This document shows positions 40,336 through 50,111 of a stretch of 64,000 nt of DNA, in pieces. The notes under the pieces were generated by a model. It did not search any database. It was given only the letters and a program-made list of their open reading frames with translations, and had not been told where the DNA came from. Positions within the stretch are counted from its first letter, which is position 1; each line of letters begins with the position of its first letter. The stretch spans positions 2,816,001-2,880,000 of the forward strand of contig OZ220741.1 in assembly GCA_965116885.1 (NCBI GenBank). The letters are read 5' to 3'. The stretch comes from Candidatus Latescibacterota bacterium. GTDB lineage: Bacteria; Latescibacterota; UBA2968. Both the position numbers and the translations under genes were made by a program.

Positions 40336-42564
40336 TCACACCACATTCATTTGACCATAACAGGCATAGGCTTCTTCGATGAAGAGTTGGGCTTCTTCGA
40401 CGACCTGGTGGGCAATGTCGCGGGTGTATTCGGCGACTTCCTCTTCGTGAACGCGGAAGAGATAATTGGCAAATTTTGCGCCGGCAAACTGATTGTAGAA
40501 CAACTCGGTATCGCAAAAGCGCGTGCGAAATTCTTCGACGATGACATCGGCCTCTTCTGGTACGTCGAGAAACTGCGTTTTGACCAGTGCTTTGGCGGCG
40601 TGCAACATGGCGCCGAAAGCCGTTTTGTACGCAGCTTCGTAGTCGCCTTCCTCCAGGTAAATCTGCGATTCAAAGGATTCGGTTTCGCAGCCGGACAGTT
40701 CAAATTGCACCAGTGAAACCACTTCGCCAGCGCATTCGCCTTTGCCCATATCGCCGAGTGTAAATTCCCGCGTGTCGCCCCAGTCTGTATAGTAGGAGGG
40801 ATCTATTTCGTGCATGGGAACCTGCGTGAGGCCCTGAAGGAGGTCTTTGACGTCTTTTTTCCCGATGCGCTGAATATAGGCCTGGAAGCTTTCGTCTTTT
40901 TCGCGGTTTTCAACATAATTACCGGTGATGCGTTCGATGACGTCCGGAATATTTTTTGAGGGAATAGCGCCCATGGCCAGGCCGTAAGAGGCCGCATTTT
41001 CGGTCCATTGTCCGCCGAGAACGACCTGGAAGTGCGGCACGGTATAGCCATTGATTTTTCGGCTGTTGCCGTAAAAACCGAGATCGGCTACGTGGTGTTG
41101 CCCGCAGGAGTTAAAACATCCGCTAATTTTGATGCGGAAGTTTTTGATGGCGTCGTCGAGTTGGAGGTTCTGTTGCGCCAATTGCGTGCGCAATTCCGCA
41201 GCGAGACCGCGCGATGAGGAAATGCCCAATTTGCAGGTGTCGGTGCCCGGGCAGGCGGTGACATCCACGATGGTGCCAGCCCCGGGTTCTGCTAATTCCA
41301 GTTCACAGAGATCATTGTAGAGGGAAACGACATCGGATTCGCTGACCCATCGAAGGATGATGTTTTGCTCGACGGTGGCGCGAATGGTGTCTTTGACGTA
41401 TTTGCGCGCGATATCGGCCAGATTTCGCATCTGGTCGGATGTGATATCTCCCAGAGGCAGACATATTGTTGCGACCACATAGCCTTCTTGCCGCTGTTTG
41501 TAGATGTTGGTTTCTGCCCAGGCGTCAAATTCTTTGGGGCGCGCAACCCCATTGAGGGGAGCAGCGATTTTAAGGGGTTCTTCTACGTAGCTGTCCAGGT
41601 TGTCGAGATAGGCTGTCCACGCGGGGTCTTCGGGCATGATTTTGCGTTCTTCTTCGACCAGGCGAATAAATTCTTCGATGCCGAGCTTGGCGACGAGGAA
41701 TTTGATGCGTGCACGGGCGCGATTTGTTTTTTCGCCCAGGCGGGCAAACACGCGGCATATTGCCTGCGCTGTGGGCAAGAGTTCTTCGGGAGGCAGAAAT
41801 TCCGAGTAGAGTTTGGCCTGGTGGGGCACGGCTCCCAAGCCACCGCCGACGTAGGTTTCGAACCCGCGTTTGCCGTCTTTGATGCGCGCGATCATGCCCA
41901 TGTCGTGCATGCTGGTCAAACCGCAGGCTTCCTGGGCGCATCCGGAAAAGGCGATTTTGAATTTGCGACCAAAGTCCTGACAGTCGGGGTGTCCGAGAAG
42001 GAATTGGGCAAGGGCATGGGAATACGGCGTGACATCGAATGTTTCGGTGTGACACACGCCCGAAAGCGGACAGGCGGTGACATTGCGGATGGAGTTTCCG
42101 CAGGCTTCTCGGGTGGTAATGCCCACGGCGGCGAGGCGGCGCATGAGGTCGGGTGTGTCTTCGATGTGTATGTAGTGGATTTGAACATCCTGGCGCGTGG
42201 TGATGTGCAAAATGCCGTCAGAATATTCTTCGGCTATGTCGGCCAACACATCCATTTGGTCGGTGGTAAGACCGCCATAAGGGATTTTGATGCGCTGCAT
42301 ACCCGGCGCATCCCAGACCGTGTCTGGTCCTTTGAGGAGGTCGTCGCTGGGATAGTTGAGTGGTTTGGTTACCTGGCCGTCAAAGCGCTGTCCATTGTCG
42401 TAGCGCTGGCCGTAAACACCGCGGCGAAGACGGGTTTCTGCAAAGACGCGGTCGTCAATTTGTCCCTGTTTTTTTTGTTCGATCTGCGCTTCAAACGTAT
42501 CGATTTCAGCACCTATATCTTCCGGGATCAAATCGCTTAATTCTTCTTTCCAATTTGTGGCCAT
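40336..42564 (-). CRISPR. NOT a CRISPR - see the CDS entry with identical coordinates
   Basis: Entry made in error. No CRISPR repeats are present here. Confidence 0.
40336..42564 (-). CDS. Ferredoxin-dependent nitrite/sulfite reductase (siroheme) with helical C-terminal extension
   Basis: RLRRGVYGQR, TTRQDVQ, RKFKIAFSGC, and siroheme/4Fe-4S ligands ACPGTDTC...SGCFNSCGQH. Confidence 0.9.
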   Translation of the reverse strand: MATNWKEELSDLIPEDIGAEIDTFEAQIEQKKQGQIDDRVFAETRLRRGVYGQRYDNGQRFDGQVTKPLNYPSDDLLKGPDTVWDAPGMQRIKIPYGGLTTDQMDVLADIAEEYSDGILHITTRQDVQIHYIHIEDTPDLMRRLAAVGITTREACGNSIRNVTACPLSGVCHTETFDVTPYSHALAQFLLGHPDCQDFGRKFKIAFSGCAQEACGLTSMHDMGMIARIKDGKRGFETYVGGGLGAVPHQAKLYSEFLPPEELLPTAQAICRVFARLGEKTNRARARIKFLVAKLGIEEFIRLVEEERKIMPEDPAWTAYLDNLDSYVEEPLKIAAPLNGVARPKEFDAWAETNIYKQRQEGYVVATICLPLGDITSDQMRNLADIARKYVKDTIRATVEQNIILRWVSESDVVSLYNDLCELELAEPGAGTIVDVTACPGTDTCKLGISSSRGLAAELRTQLAQQNLQLDDAIKNFRIKISGCFNSCGQHHVADLGFYGNSRKINGYTVPHFQVVLGGQWTENAASYGLAMGAIPSKNIPDVIERITGNYVENREKDESFQAYIQRIGKKDVKDLLQGLTQVPMHEIDPSYYTDWGDTREFTLGDMGKGECAGEVVSLVQFELSGCETESFESQIYLEEGDYEAAYKTAFGAMLHAAKALVKTQFLDVPEEADVIVEEFRTRFCDTELFYNQFAGAKFANYLFRVHEEEVAEYTRDIAHQVVEEAQLFIEEAYACYGQMNVV

Positions 42565-42656
42565 GATGTATCACCTGTAGTGGGAGATTTTTGGTTGAGC
42601 ACGATCAAAAAGTAAGTTTGAAACTTAGTGTATTATGGGGATTTGTCAAGGGTAAA

Positions 42657-42751
42657 AGGAGAGAAGTAAGAAGTGAGAGTGAGAAGTCCACCCAACACCA
42701 CCCCAGGGCGAGGACTTCATCACACTTCACACTTCCTCCTTCACACTTCCT
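42657..42751. repeat. Inverted heptamer-repeat element (NNGAAGT)n ... (ACTTCNN)n
   Basis: Left arm GAGAAGT AAGAAGT GAGAGT GAGAAGT. Right arm ACTTCAT CACACTTCACACTTCCTCCTTCACACTTCCT. Confidence 0.65.
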
Positions 42752-43762
42752 TTATCCCCCAATTTGATACATTTCGATTTTGCGAGTTGCAGGGGTGTGT
42801 TCAGAGCGGATTTCGGAGTAGCGATCCATCCTGTGGCGCCATATCTGGATGATCTGGTCGCGGAGGTCGGTGTTGGACGCGCCTTGTCGCAGGGCATCGC
42901 GCAGGTCTGTTCCTTCTGAGGCGAAGAGACAGGTGTAGAGTTTGCCGTCGGTGGATAAGCGGGCGCGCGTGCAGTCACCGCAAAAGGGCTGCGTAACAGA
43001 GGCGATAATGCCGATTTCACCGCCTCCGTCGAGATAGCGATAGCGTTTTGCGACTTCGCCTGTGTAGTTGGGATTGAGGGGCTCGAGGGGTAAGACGGTG
43101 TGAATGCGGTCGATAATTTCTGCGGCGGGCACGACCTGATCCATATTCCAGTTGTTGCGATTGCCCACGTCCATAAACTCGATGAATCGCAGGATGTGTC
43201 CCGTGTTGTGGAAGTGTTGGGCGAGATCGATAACGAGGTGATCGTTGATGCCTTTTTGAACGACTGCGTTGATTTTTATGGCCTGAAAGCCCGCCTTTTC
43301 AGCAGCGCGGATGCCTTCTAGTACGCGCTCGGTGCCATAGGTGCGACCGCTCATGAGATTAAAGGTCTGGTCGTCAATTGCGTCGAGGCTCACGGTGAGG
43401 CGATGCAGGCCGGCGTTTTTGAGGCTCTGTGCTTTGGTGTCGAGGAGATAGCCATTGGTGGTGAGGGTGAGGTCTTGTACGCCGTTGATCTGCGACAATT
43501 TGGCGATGAGGGTTTCGAGGTCTCGGCGCAGGAGGGGTTCACCGCCAGTGACCCGGATCTTGGTGACGCCGAGATCGACAAAAATTCTGGCGAGGCGAGT
43601 GATTTCTTCAAAGGTGAGGATTTCTGCTTTGGGAAGAAATTCATATTTCTCGCCAAAAATCTCGGCGGGCATGCAATAGGGGCAGCGGAAGTTGCATTTG
43701 TCGGTGACCGAAATACGCAGGTCGCGGATAGGGCGTTGCAATGTGTCGAGGAGATCGGACAT
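42752..43762 (-). CDS. moaA: GTP 3',8-cyclase
   Basis: LRISVTDKCNFRCPYC, TGGEP, FCGDCTRARL..G.LYTCLF, C-terminal MYQIGG. Confidence 0.96.
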   Translation of the reverse strand: MSDLLDTLQRPIRDLRISVTDKCNFRCPYCMPAEIFGEKYEFLPKAEILTFEEITRLARIFVDLGVTKIRVTGGEPLLRRDLETLIAKLSQINGVQDLTLTTNGYLLDTKAQSLKNAGLHRLTVSLDAIDDQTFNLMSGRTYGTERVLEGIRAAEKAGFQAIKINAVVQKGINDHLVIDLAQHFHNTGHILRFIEFMDVGNRNNWNMDQVVPAAEIIDRIHTVLPLEPLNPNYTGEVAKRYRYLDGGGEIGIIASVTQPFCGDCTRARLSTDGKLYTCLFASEGTDLRDALRQGASNTDLRDQIIQIWRHRMDRYSEIRSEHTPATRKIEMYQIGG

Positions 43763-43765
43763 GGG

Positions 43766-43791
43766 AATTAAAAATTAAAAATTAAAAATTG
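43766..43791. repeat. Heptamer tandem repeat (AATTAAA)3+
   Basis: AATTAAAAATTAAAAATTAAAAATTG immediately upstream of the moaA start. Confidence 0.8.
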
Positions 43792-43823
43792 ATCATGATT
43801 CGGCAAGGGCTAAAAATAGTCGC

Positions 43824-44840
43824 TTAGAATTTTAAGATTGTCCACACGGGCACGTGATCCGAAGCAAAGTCGCCGCGTGTGGTATAGACGATTTCGTCAC
43901 CGGAAAAGCGGATGCGCGAGCGGGTTCCCTTCACGGCTTCGGCGTGGGTAAAAATGCCCGATGATTGGACGTGATTCTTCAGGTTTTGGGATACGAGAAT
44001 TTGGTCGAAAAGAATCGCTTTGACTTTGACGTCTCGCACAAAATTGTGGGGTCTGTCCCGCCATTTGTTATTTTCTGCGCGCGCACCCGGAACCATAGGG
44101 TCAAAGGTATCGCTTTCGATTTTGTCGTAGAGATAGTTGTATCCATACGAGCAATAGTTCGAATCCAACAAGGCTTCGGACGTGTTGTAGAGAAATGCAT
44201 CGGGCCTGTGGTCAATTCCGGCAAGTGCGTCGGGATTGCCGGATTCGAGAATGTTGAGCGAGCGGTCGTCGGGGTTATCGTTGAAGTCGCCGAGCAATAC
44301 GATGTGGTCGTATTTCACGCGGCTGGTGAGATAACGCATGGTCATAGTCGCGCTGGCTTCTCGGCGCAGGCTGGTTTTGGCGCGTCCGCCCGATCGCGAT
44401 TTGGCGTGATGAACCAGAATTATCAAGCGGCGGCCATATCCTTCGACATAAGCCTGGAGGAGATCGCGCTTTCGGGGAAATGCTTGGTCGTGTACTTTTT
44501 CAGGAAAGACCATTTTGAGGTCGGTAATTTCATAAGGTTCGCGCACTGCTATGGCGAGTTCCTGGCGTTCTTCGGGATCATCGAGCATGCCAATGGTATA
44601 GTTGTTGGGCAAAATGCGTTCGAGTGCGGATTTTGATTGGATTTCCTGAAACCCGATGATGTCCGCATCGAGTTCGCGCACAACTGTTTGCAGGCGTTCT
44701 TGACGCGCAGCGGAAATGCCATCGTCGAGCCAATAGATGTTGTAAGTCGCAACCTTGATCTCGGCGGGCTGTGGGCCACACGCAAAAAATAGAAGCAGTA
44801 TTAGGGAGGCGAGATATGTCCTCCTTACGCGTTTTTGCAT
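43824..44840 (-). CDS. Endonuclease/exonuclease/phosphatase family lipoprotein
   Basis: Lipobox FFAC, ATYNI, GFQEI, HAKS, LGDFND, FDQILVS, SDHVPV. Start trimmed to ATG 44840. Confidence 0.88.
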   Translation of the reverse strand: MQKRVRRTYLASLILLLFFACGPQPAEIKVATYNIYWLDDGISAARQERLQTVVRELDADIIGFQEIQSKSALERILPNNYTIGMLDDPEERQELAIAVREPYEITDLKMVFPEKVHDQAFPRKRDLLQAYVEGYGRRLIILVHHAKSRSGGRAKTSLRREASATMTMRYLTSRVKYDHIVLLGDFNDNPDDRSLNILESGNPDALAGIDHRPDAFLYNTSEALLDSNYCSYGYNYLYDKIESDTFDPMVPGARAENNKWRDRPHNFVRDVKVKAILFDQILVSQNLKNHVQSSGIFTHAEAVKGTRSRIRFSGDEIVYTTRGDFASDHVPVWTILKF

Positions 44841-44898
44841 GCAAATCTCCAGATAGAGTACGGGTAGGGCTATCTGCCCAATAATATACACGATTGCG

Positions 44899-44936
44899 AA
44901 AAAAATAAAAGGGCGGCGGTTTATACCGTCGCCCTT
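44899..44936 (-). terminator. Rho-independent terminator after smc
   Basis: AAAGGGCGACGGT-loop-ACCGCCGCCCTTT followed by a U-rich tail. Confidence 0.7.
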
Positions 44937-44956
44937 TGTGTTGTCTGAGGTTGGGA

Positions 44957-47900
44957 TCAATCGTCATCTGCGGGTTGTGCCACGGCCTCGGTGAACGAGT
45001 CAACACTATTGACCTGGTTTTTGCTGTCGCTGGATATTTTGACGGAAACGAGCCTGGAAACACCGGGTTCTTCCATGGTCACGCCGTGCAGGGTTTCGCC
45101 AGATTCCATTGTCCCTTTGTTGTGGGTGACAACGATGAATTGCGATTGTTTGGCAAATTTTTGGATGACTTTTACAAAACGCGCGATATTGGCATCATCG
45201 AGAGGTGCATCGACCTCATCGAGGACACAAAATGGACTGGGTTTGACCAGATAAATTGCAAAGAGAAGGGCGATGGCCGTCAGCGCGCGTTCGCCGCCCG
45301 AAAGCAGGTTGATGCTCTGAAGGCGTTTGCCCCAGGGCCGGGCTGTGATGATGATGGGGGCTTCGAGAGGATCTTCTTCGGGCGGCATGGTCAGGTCGGC
45401 TTCGCCGCCTTCAAAAAATTCCTGGAATGTATTCTGGAAGTTTTCTCGAATGCGGCCAAAGGTATTGAGAAAGCGCTGGCGCGCCGTGCGGTCGATGCGC
45501 GTGATGGTGCGCTTGACGATTTCTTCGGCCTCCAGAAGGTCGTCGCGTTGATGCGTGAGAAATTCAAGCCGTTCTTTTTGAACTTCGTACTCTTCGAGTG
45601 CCGCCAGGTTGACAGACCCCATGCGCCGCATACGCTCTTGTAGTTCGTGGGTCTTTTTTTCTGCCATATCCACATTAAATTCGGGATCCTGAAAACGCCC
45701 CTGTTCGGCAATATCGACTTCGTAATCGCGTTTGAGACGTTCGATGATCCCTTCACCGCGCTCTTTGATGTGCGCCATGGCGACTTGAATTTCGCTCAAA
45801 CGCTCGCGGTGTTGTGTTGTGCGGCGATTTTTTTCGCGCAACTTTTCTTCAATGGCGCGCGCGGCCATCACGATTTCGTGTTGTCTGTGCGCTTGTGCAT
45901 CGCGTTTGTGCTCAATGCGGGATTGTTGCTTGTGCAGGACTTCCAGTTCGCCCGATGCTGTTCCGATGCTTTCTTCGCGTTCGTGTTTGCGTTTTTGGCT
46001 TTCATCGGCCTCGCCGGACAATCGCTCGATTTCGCGGGCGATGGATTCATGCTCGCGGCCCTGACGCACGGCTTCGTGTGCGAGGCTTTCGATGCGTTCT
46101 TTCAAAGAAGCGATTTCCACGCGCACAGCGGCGACGCCATCTTGAAGTACGCGCCGCTGGTGTTCTTTTTTTCGCAAGTCTTCATCGGCACGGCGAACCA
46201 CATCTTCGAGGGTCTCTCGTTTGGTGTCGAGCTTTGTTTGCGCCTCCTCTGCCTGGGAAATCAAATGCTTCAATTCGCTTTCTCGCTGTGCGAGTTGTGC
46301 AGTCTCCTGGTCGAGTTCTGTTACAGCCCGAGCCTGGCGTTTGGCTTCTGTTTCAGCGTTTTGTCGATCTCTTTGAAGGCCCGCACGGCGGTTGTGCAAA
46401 TCGGCCAATGCGTTATCGCAGACTTCGATTTGCGCGAGGTGTTTGTCGAGTGTTTCGAGCGTTCGTGCCAGTTGTTTTTCGCACTTTGTGAGTGCGGTTT
46501 GGGCGGATTTTATGGCCGTTTGGAGGTCGTCAATTTGTTGCTGCCGACCAATGAGGCCCGATTCTGAGGTTGCATCTGCACCGCCATATACCGTGCCATC
46601 TGCGGAAAAAACTTCGCCGCTGAGTGTCACAATTTCAACGCCTCTGTCATGCATGGCACCACTGTGAACAATCGCGGTTTGTACATCGCTTACAATCAGG
46701 GTATGGCGCAACAGCGCAGACACGGCACCGTGTATATCGCGCTGTGGGTTTAACAAATCGCTTGCCAGCCCGACAATCCCCTCTCCTTTGGGTAATTCGC
46801 AAAGCGTGCCATTGGTGGAGATGATGCGTTCGAGTGGCAATAATGCAGCAGCACCATGCTCTCCTTGTCGGAGAAAATCAATGGCCCAACGCGCGTCGTC
46901 GGTATTGCTAACGATCAGACATTCCAATGCCCGCCCCAGCGCGGCTTCGATGGCGGTGACATATTCGGGCTCAACATCGACCATGTCGGCGACAACGCCC
47001 TGTATGCGATTGGAAAAAGGCGAATCCACAGCCAGGGCGCGCACGCCTTTGGAATAGCCTTCAAAGCCTTCTCTCAGTTTTTGGAGGAGGGTGACTCGCG
47101 CCTGATCAGCTTCTATATTTGCGCGCAAGCGGTTGCGCGATTCGATCTGTTCGTCTCGTTGGGCAATGCAGCGATCTCGACCCGCGATCTGTTGTTGTCG
47201 TTCTTCGGTGTGTTGGGCGATTTGACTTTCAACTTCGGCGATTTGTTTTGCGGACTGATTAGCCGTTTCGTCAGCCTCCTGGCGGCGTGCAGCCACGCGT
47301 TCAATATCCCGGGTTAAACGCGCCTGTCGCTGGGCGATGCCTTCTTGCTCGGCCTGCATGCGCTCGAGGGCTTTGCCCTGATCGCTATTTTGGCGCAACA
47401 GGTTCATCAACTGAGATTTTTGGGCATCGACTTGTGTGCGCTGTGTATCCAAATCCTGGATTTCGGCTTCGAGTTCGGTGGTTTCGGCTTCGAGTTTTGC
47501 TTCTCCATCTTCGAGTTGCTCGGTGGCTTTTTGCCTGTCTTGCTCGGCGGCTTTTTGGCCTTTTTGAGCGCTGTCAAGACGTAACTTGAGCGATTTTTGC
47601 TGCTGCTCAGCGCGTTCTAAAAATGCCTGAATGCTGCGTATCTCTTCGCGTGCAACGAGTATTTCGCTGTCTTTGCTGTGTACGCGCTCGACGTGTTGCG
47701 ATAGCTCGATATTGGCCTCGGCCAGTGCGCGATCCTGGTCGGTTAGTTCGACGCGCATTTCTTCGAGTTGGGCCTCGAGGGTGGTCATGTCGGTTTCTGA
47801 AATTTCGATGTCTTCTTTGAGGAAGACCATTTCTTCGCGCAGCGGCCCAGATTGGTCAGCAAGGTCGAAGTATTGGAACCGCGCCAGTTTGATTTCGAGG

Positions 47901-48571
47901 TCGCGCAATTCATCCGATAGTGTTTTATAGAGCCTTGCTTTGCGCTCTTGCCGTTGTAGCGATGCGACCTGGCGTTGGATTTCTCCGAGCCAGTCTTCCA
48001 TTCGCTGCAGGTCTTGTTGCACGGCGATGAGCCGATTCCACGCAGATCGTCGTCGGATTTTATACCGCGTTACACCGGCGGCTTCTTCAAAGCTCCGGCG
48101 GCGTTCTTCGGCGTTGTCACTGATGATCTCATCCACCATGCCCTGTTCGATAACATAGGAAGACTGTGTGCCCAGCCCGGTGTCCATCAGCAAGTTTTGA
48201 ATGTCTTTCAGGCGACACGGAATTTTATTGAGCAGGTAGTCGCTTTCGCCGGATCGAAACAATCGGCGGGTAATGGTGACTTCGGAAAATTCGGTGGGCA
48301 AAACTTTTTGTGAATTATCGAGTGTGAGCGATACTTCGGCCATACCGAGGGGTTTGCGCGAGCGCGTACCGGAAAAAATTACGTCTCCCATACTGCCGCT
48401 ACGCAAAGATCGGGGGCGCTGTTCGCCCAGTGCCCAGCGCAGCGCATCGACCACATTGGACTTGCCACAACCATTTGGTCCTACAACACAGGTAATACCT
48501 TTTGGCAAGGGCATGTCGAGTTTTTGTGCAAAGGACTTAAAACCCAGTGCTTGCAAACGAGTCAGGTACAA
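44957..48571 (-). CDS. smc: Chromosome segregation protein SMC
   Basis: GFKSFA, Walker A GPNGCGKSN, coiled coils and hinge, LSGGE, LDEVDAPLD, VTHN. Confidence 0.97.
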   Translation of the reverse strand: MYLTRLQALGFKSFAQKLDMPLPKGITCVVGPNGCGKSNVVDALRWALGEQRPRSLRSGSMGDVIFSGTRSRKPLGMAEVSLTLDNSQKVLPTEFSEVTITRRLFRSGESDYLLNKIPCRLKDIQNLLMDTGLGTQSSYVIEQGMVDEIISDNAEERRRSFEEAAGVTRYKIRRRSAWNRLIAVQQDLQRMEDWLGEIQRQVASLQRQERKARLYKTLSDELRDLEIKLARFQYFDLADQSGPLREEMVFLKEDIEISETDMTTLEAQLEEMRVELTDQDRALAEANIELSQHVERVHSKDSEILVAREEIRSIQAFLERAEQQQKSLKLRLDSAQKGQKAAEQDRQKATEQLEDGEAKLEAETTELEAEIQDLDTQRTQVDAQKSQLMNLLRQNSDQGKALERMQAEQEGIAQRQARLTRDIERVAARRQEADETANQSAKQIAEVESQIAQHTEERQQQIAGRDRCIAQRDEQIESRNRLRANIEADQARVTLLQKLREGFEGYSKGVRALAVDSPFSNRIQGVVADMVDVEPEYVTAIEAALGRALECLIVSNTDDARWAIDFLRQGEHGAAALLPLERIISTNGTLCELPKGEGIVGLASDLLNPQRDIHGAVSALLRHTLIVSDVQTAIVHSGAMHDRGVEIVTLSGEVFSADGTVYGGADATSESGLIGRQQQIDDLQTAIKSAQTALTKCEKQLARTLETLDKHLAQIEVCDNALADLHNRRAGLQRDRQNAETEAKRQARAVTELDQETAQLAQRESELKHLISQAEEAQTKLDTKRETLEDVVRRADEDLRKKEHQRRVLQDGVAAVRVEIASLKERIESLAHEAVRQGREHESIAREIERLSGEADESQKRKHEREESIGTASGELEVLHKQQSRIEHKRDAQAHRQHEIVMAARAIEEKLREKNRRTTQHRERLSEIQVAMAHIKERGEGIIERLKRDYEVDIAEQGRFQDPEFNVDMAEKKTHELQERMRRMGSVNLAALEEYEVQKERLEFLTHQRDDLLEAEEIVKRTITRIDRTARQRFLNTFGRIRENFQNTFQEFFEGGEADLTMPPEEDPLEAPIIITARPWGKRLQSINLLSGGERALTAIALLFAIYLVKPSPFCVLDEVDAPLDDANIARFVKVIQKFAKQSQFIVVTHNKGTMESGETLHGVTMEEPGVSRLVSVKISSDSKNQVNSVDSFTEAVAQPADDD

Positions 48572-48730
48572 TGAAAACCTCCTACTCGAATCTTTTTAAG
48601 AACATAAGGTGCGAAAAAACAAGGGAATATGGTAATAAAAGTCAGGGCATCTGTGTATCAAAACCCGATGGGGAAAATAGGGGATACACTTTGGACTGCA
48701 TTTATACACAGCAATCTGGGGAGATTTGGG

Positions 48731-48799
48731 GGACTACATTTTGTGGAGGGGAAGGTTGTTATCTGTCGCTATAATACTATATCTTGTGGCAGTCGTCAA
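48731..48799 (-). promoter_or_regulatory. smc promoter with two NrdR-box-like operators
   Basis: TTGACG (48799-48794), 17 bp, TATTAT (48776-48771). The 16-mers GGACTACATTTTGTGG (48731-48746) and ATACTATATCTTGTGG (48774-48789) lie 43 bp apart. Confidence 0.6.
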
Positions 48800-48970
48800 G
48801 GGTAAAAAATGGTCGTTGGATCGACGCAATGTTAGGGGATGGAGTCCCTGTACCTGCCCGTTGAGATGTTAGGGTGGGGTTCTTTGGCGATTGACATTAT
48901 ATCGGGGGCAGTCTAATTTAGGCATGGCGTTTCGGACCTGTGCAACACTTTCACAGAATGGGAGTTTTTT

Positions 48971-50098
48971 ATGCTGAGTTTACACGGTGAAAAAATTGTT
49001 CGAATTGAAAAAGTGATTATGAAATTTAAGCGTCCCCGCCTGATCGGGCGCAATGCGCGGATTGGCGTTCACGGAGATATGGTGACGGATCCCGTGGTTC
49101 GCATCCACACAAATAGTGGTGCTGTTGGCGTTGGGTGGTCGCGGTTGAGACAGGAAGAAGCCGAATCATTGGTGGGCAAAAGCATTGGGGATGTGTTCCA
49201 GTTGCCGGGGGGATCAAACGAAGTTGGAACGGCGATTGATTTGCCTTTGTGGGATCTGGCGGCCAAATTATCGGATCAGCCGTTGTACAAACTTTTAGGT
49301 GCTCGGGGATCTCGGGCGGTCGAGTTGTACGATGGCTCGGTTTATATCGACGATCTGGATGCTTCGGATGAGGAGGCTGTGGAGATATTCCGGGACGAAG
49401 TGAAGACCGGGCACGATTATGGGTATAAAAATTTTAAAATTAAAATTGGTCGCGGCGCGCGCTGGATGCCCGTTACAGAGGGTACGGATCGGGATGTGCT
49501 GGTTATTCACAGTGTTCGGGAAGCCGCTGGCGCAGATGCGAAGATACTCGTCGATGCGAATAATGGCACGACGCTCAATATTGCAAAAGATATTCTCGAG
49601 CGCTGTGAAGATGTGGGGATTTACTGGTTTGAAGAACCGTTTCCAGAAGATAGGGCTTTTAACGAGGATTTTAAGCAGTTTATCGTTGAGAAAGGATACG
49701 ATACGCTCGTCGCTGATGGGGAATCGGGTCCTCCGCCACCCAGCTATTTTGATATGGTCAAAAAGGGATGGATCGATGTGGTGCAACACGATTTTCGCGC
49801 TAAGGGTCTTACGTGGTGGCGCGAGACTGCCGCGATGATCGAACCGTGGGGAGGCCAATGTGCGCCTCATTGCTGGGGCAGCTTGATCGAGCGCTATGCC
49901 CACGCGCATTTTGCCGCTTCGGTCCCCCATTTTTCTCTTCAAGAAGCCGCTCCCGCAGATATGCCGGGCATTGTGCTGGATGGCTGGACGATGCAGGACG
50001 GATGTTTGATGGTGCCAGATACGCCGGGCACGGGGTTTGACCTCGAGGCAGATGTGATTGAAGAGGGCGTGAAGTGGGAAGATGGGTTCAGGGTGTAA
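48971..50098 (+). CDS. Mandelate racemase/muconate lactonizing enzyme (enolase superfamily)
   Basis: LWDL.AK, KIKIG, VDAN, WFEEP, DGES, APH.W, PGTG. Confidence 0.88.
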   Translation: MLSLHGEKIVRIEKVIMKFKRPRLIGRNARIGVHGDMVTDPVVRIHTNSGAVGVGWSRLRQEEAESLVGKSIGDVFQLPGGSNEVGTAIDLPLWDLAAKLSDQPLYKLLGARGSRAVELYDGSVYIDDLDASDEEAVEIFRDEVKTGHDYGYKNFKIKIGRGARWMPVTEGTDRDVLVIHSVREAAGADAKILVDANNGTTLNIAKDILERCEDVGIYWFEEPFPEDRAFNEDFKQFIVEKGYDTLVADGESGPPPPSYFDMVKKGWIDVVQHDFRAKGLTWWRETAAMIEPWGGQCAPHCWGSLIERYAHAHFAASVPHFSLQEAAPADMPGIVLDGWTMQDGCLMVPDTPGTGFDLEADVIEEGVKWEDGFRV

Positions 50099-50111
50099 TG
50101 GAGATAATAAT

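Noticed and set aside
40336..42564. Feature entry typed CRISPR at these coordinates
   Set aside because: Entered in error with confidence 0. The region is the nitrite/sulfite reductase CDS.
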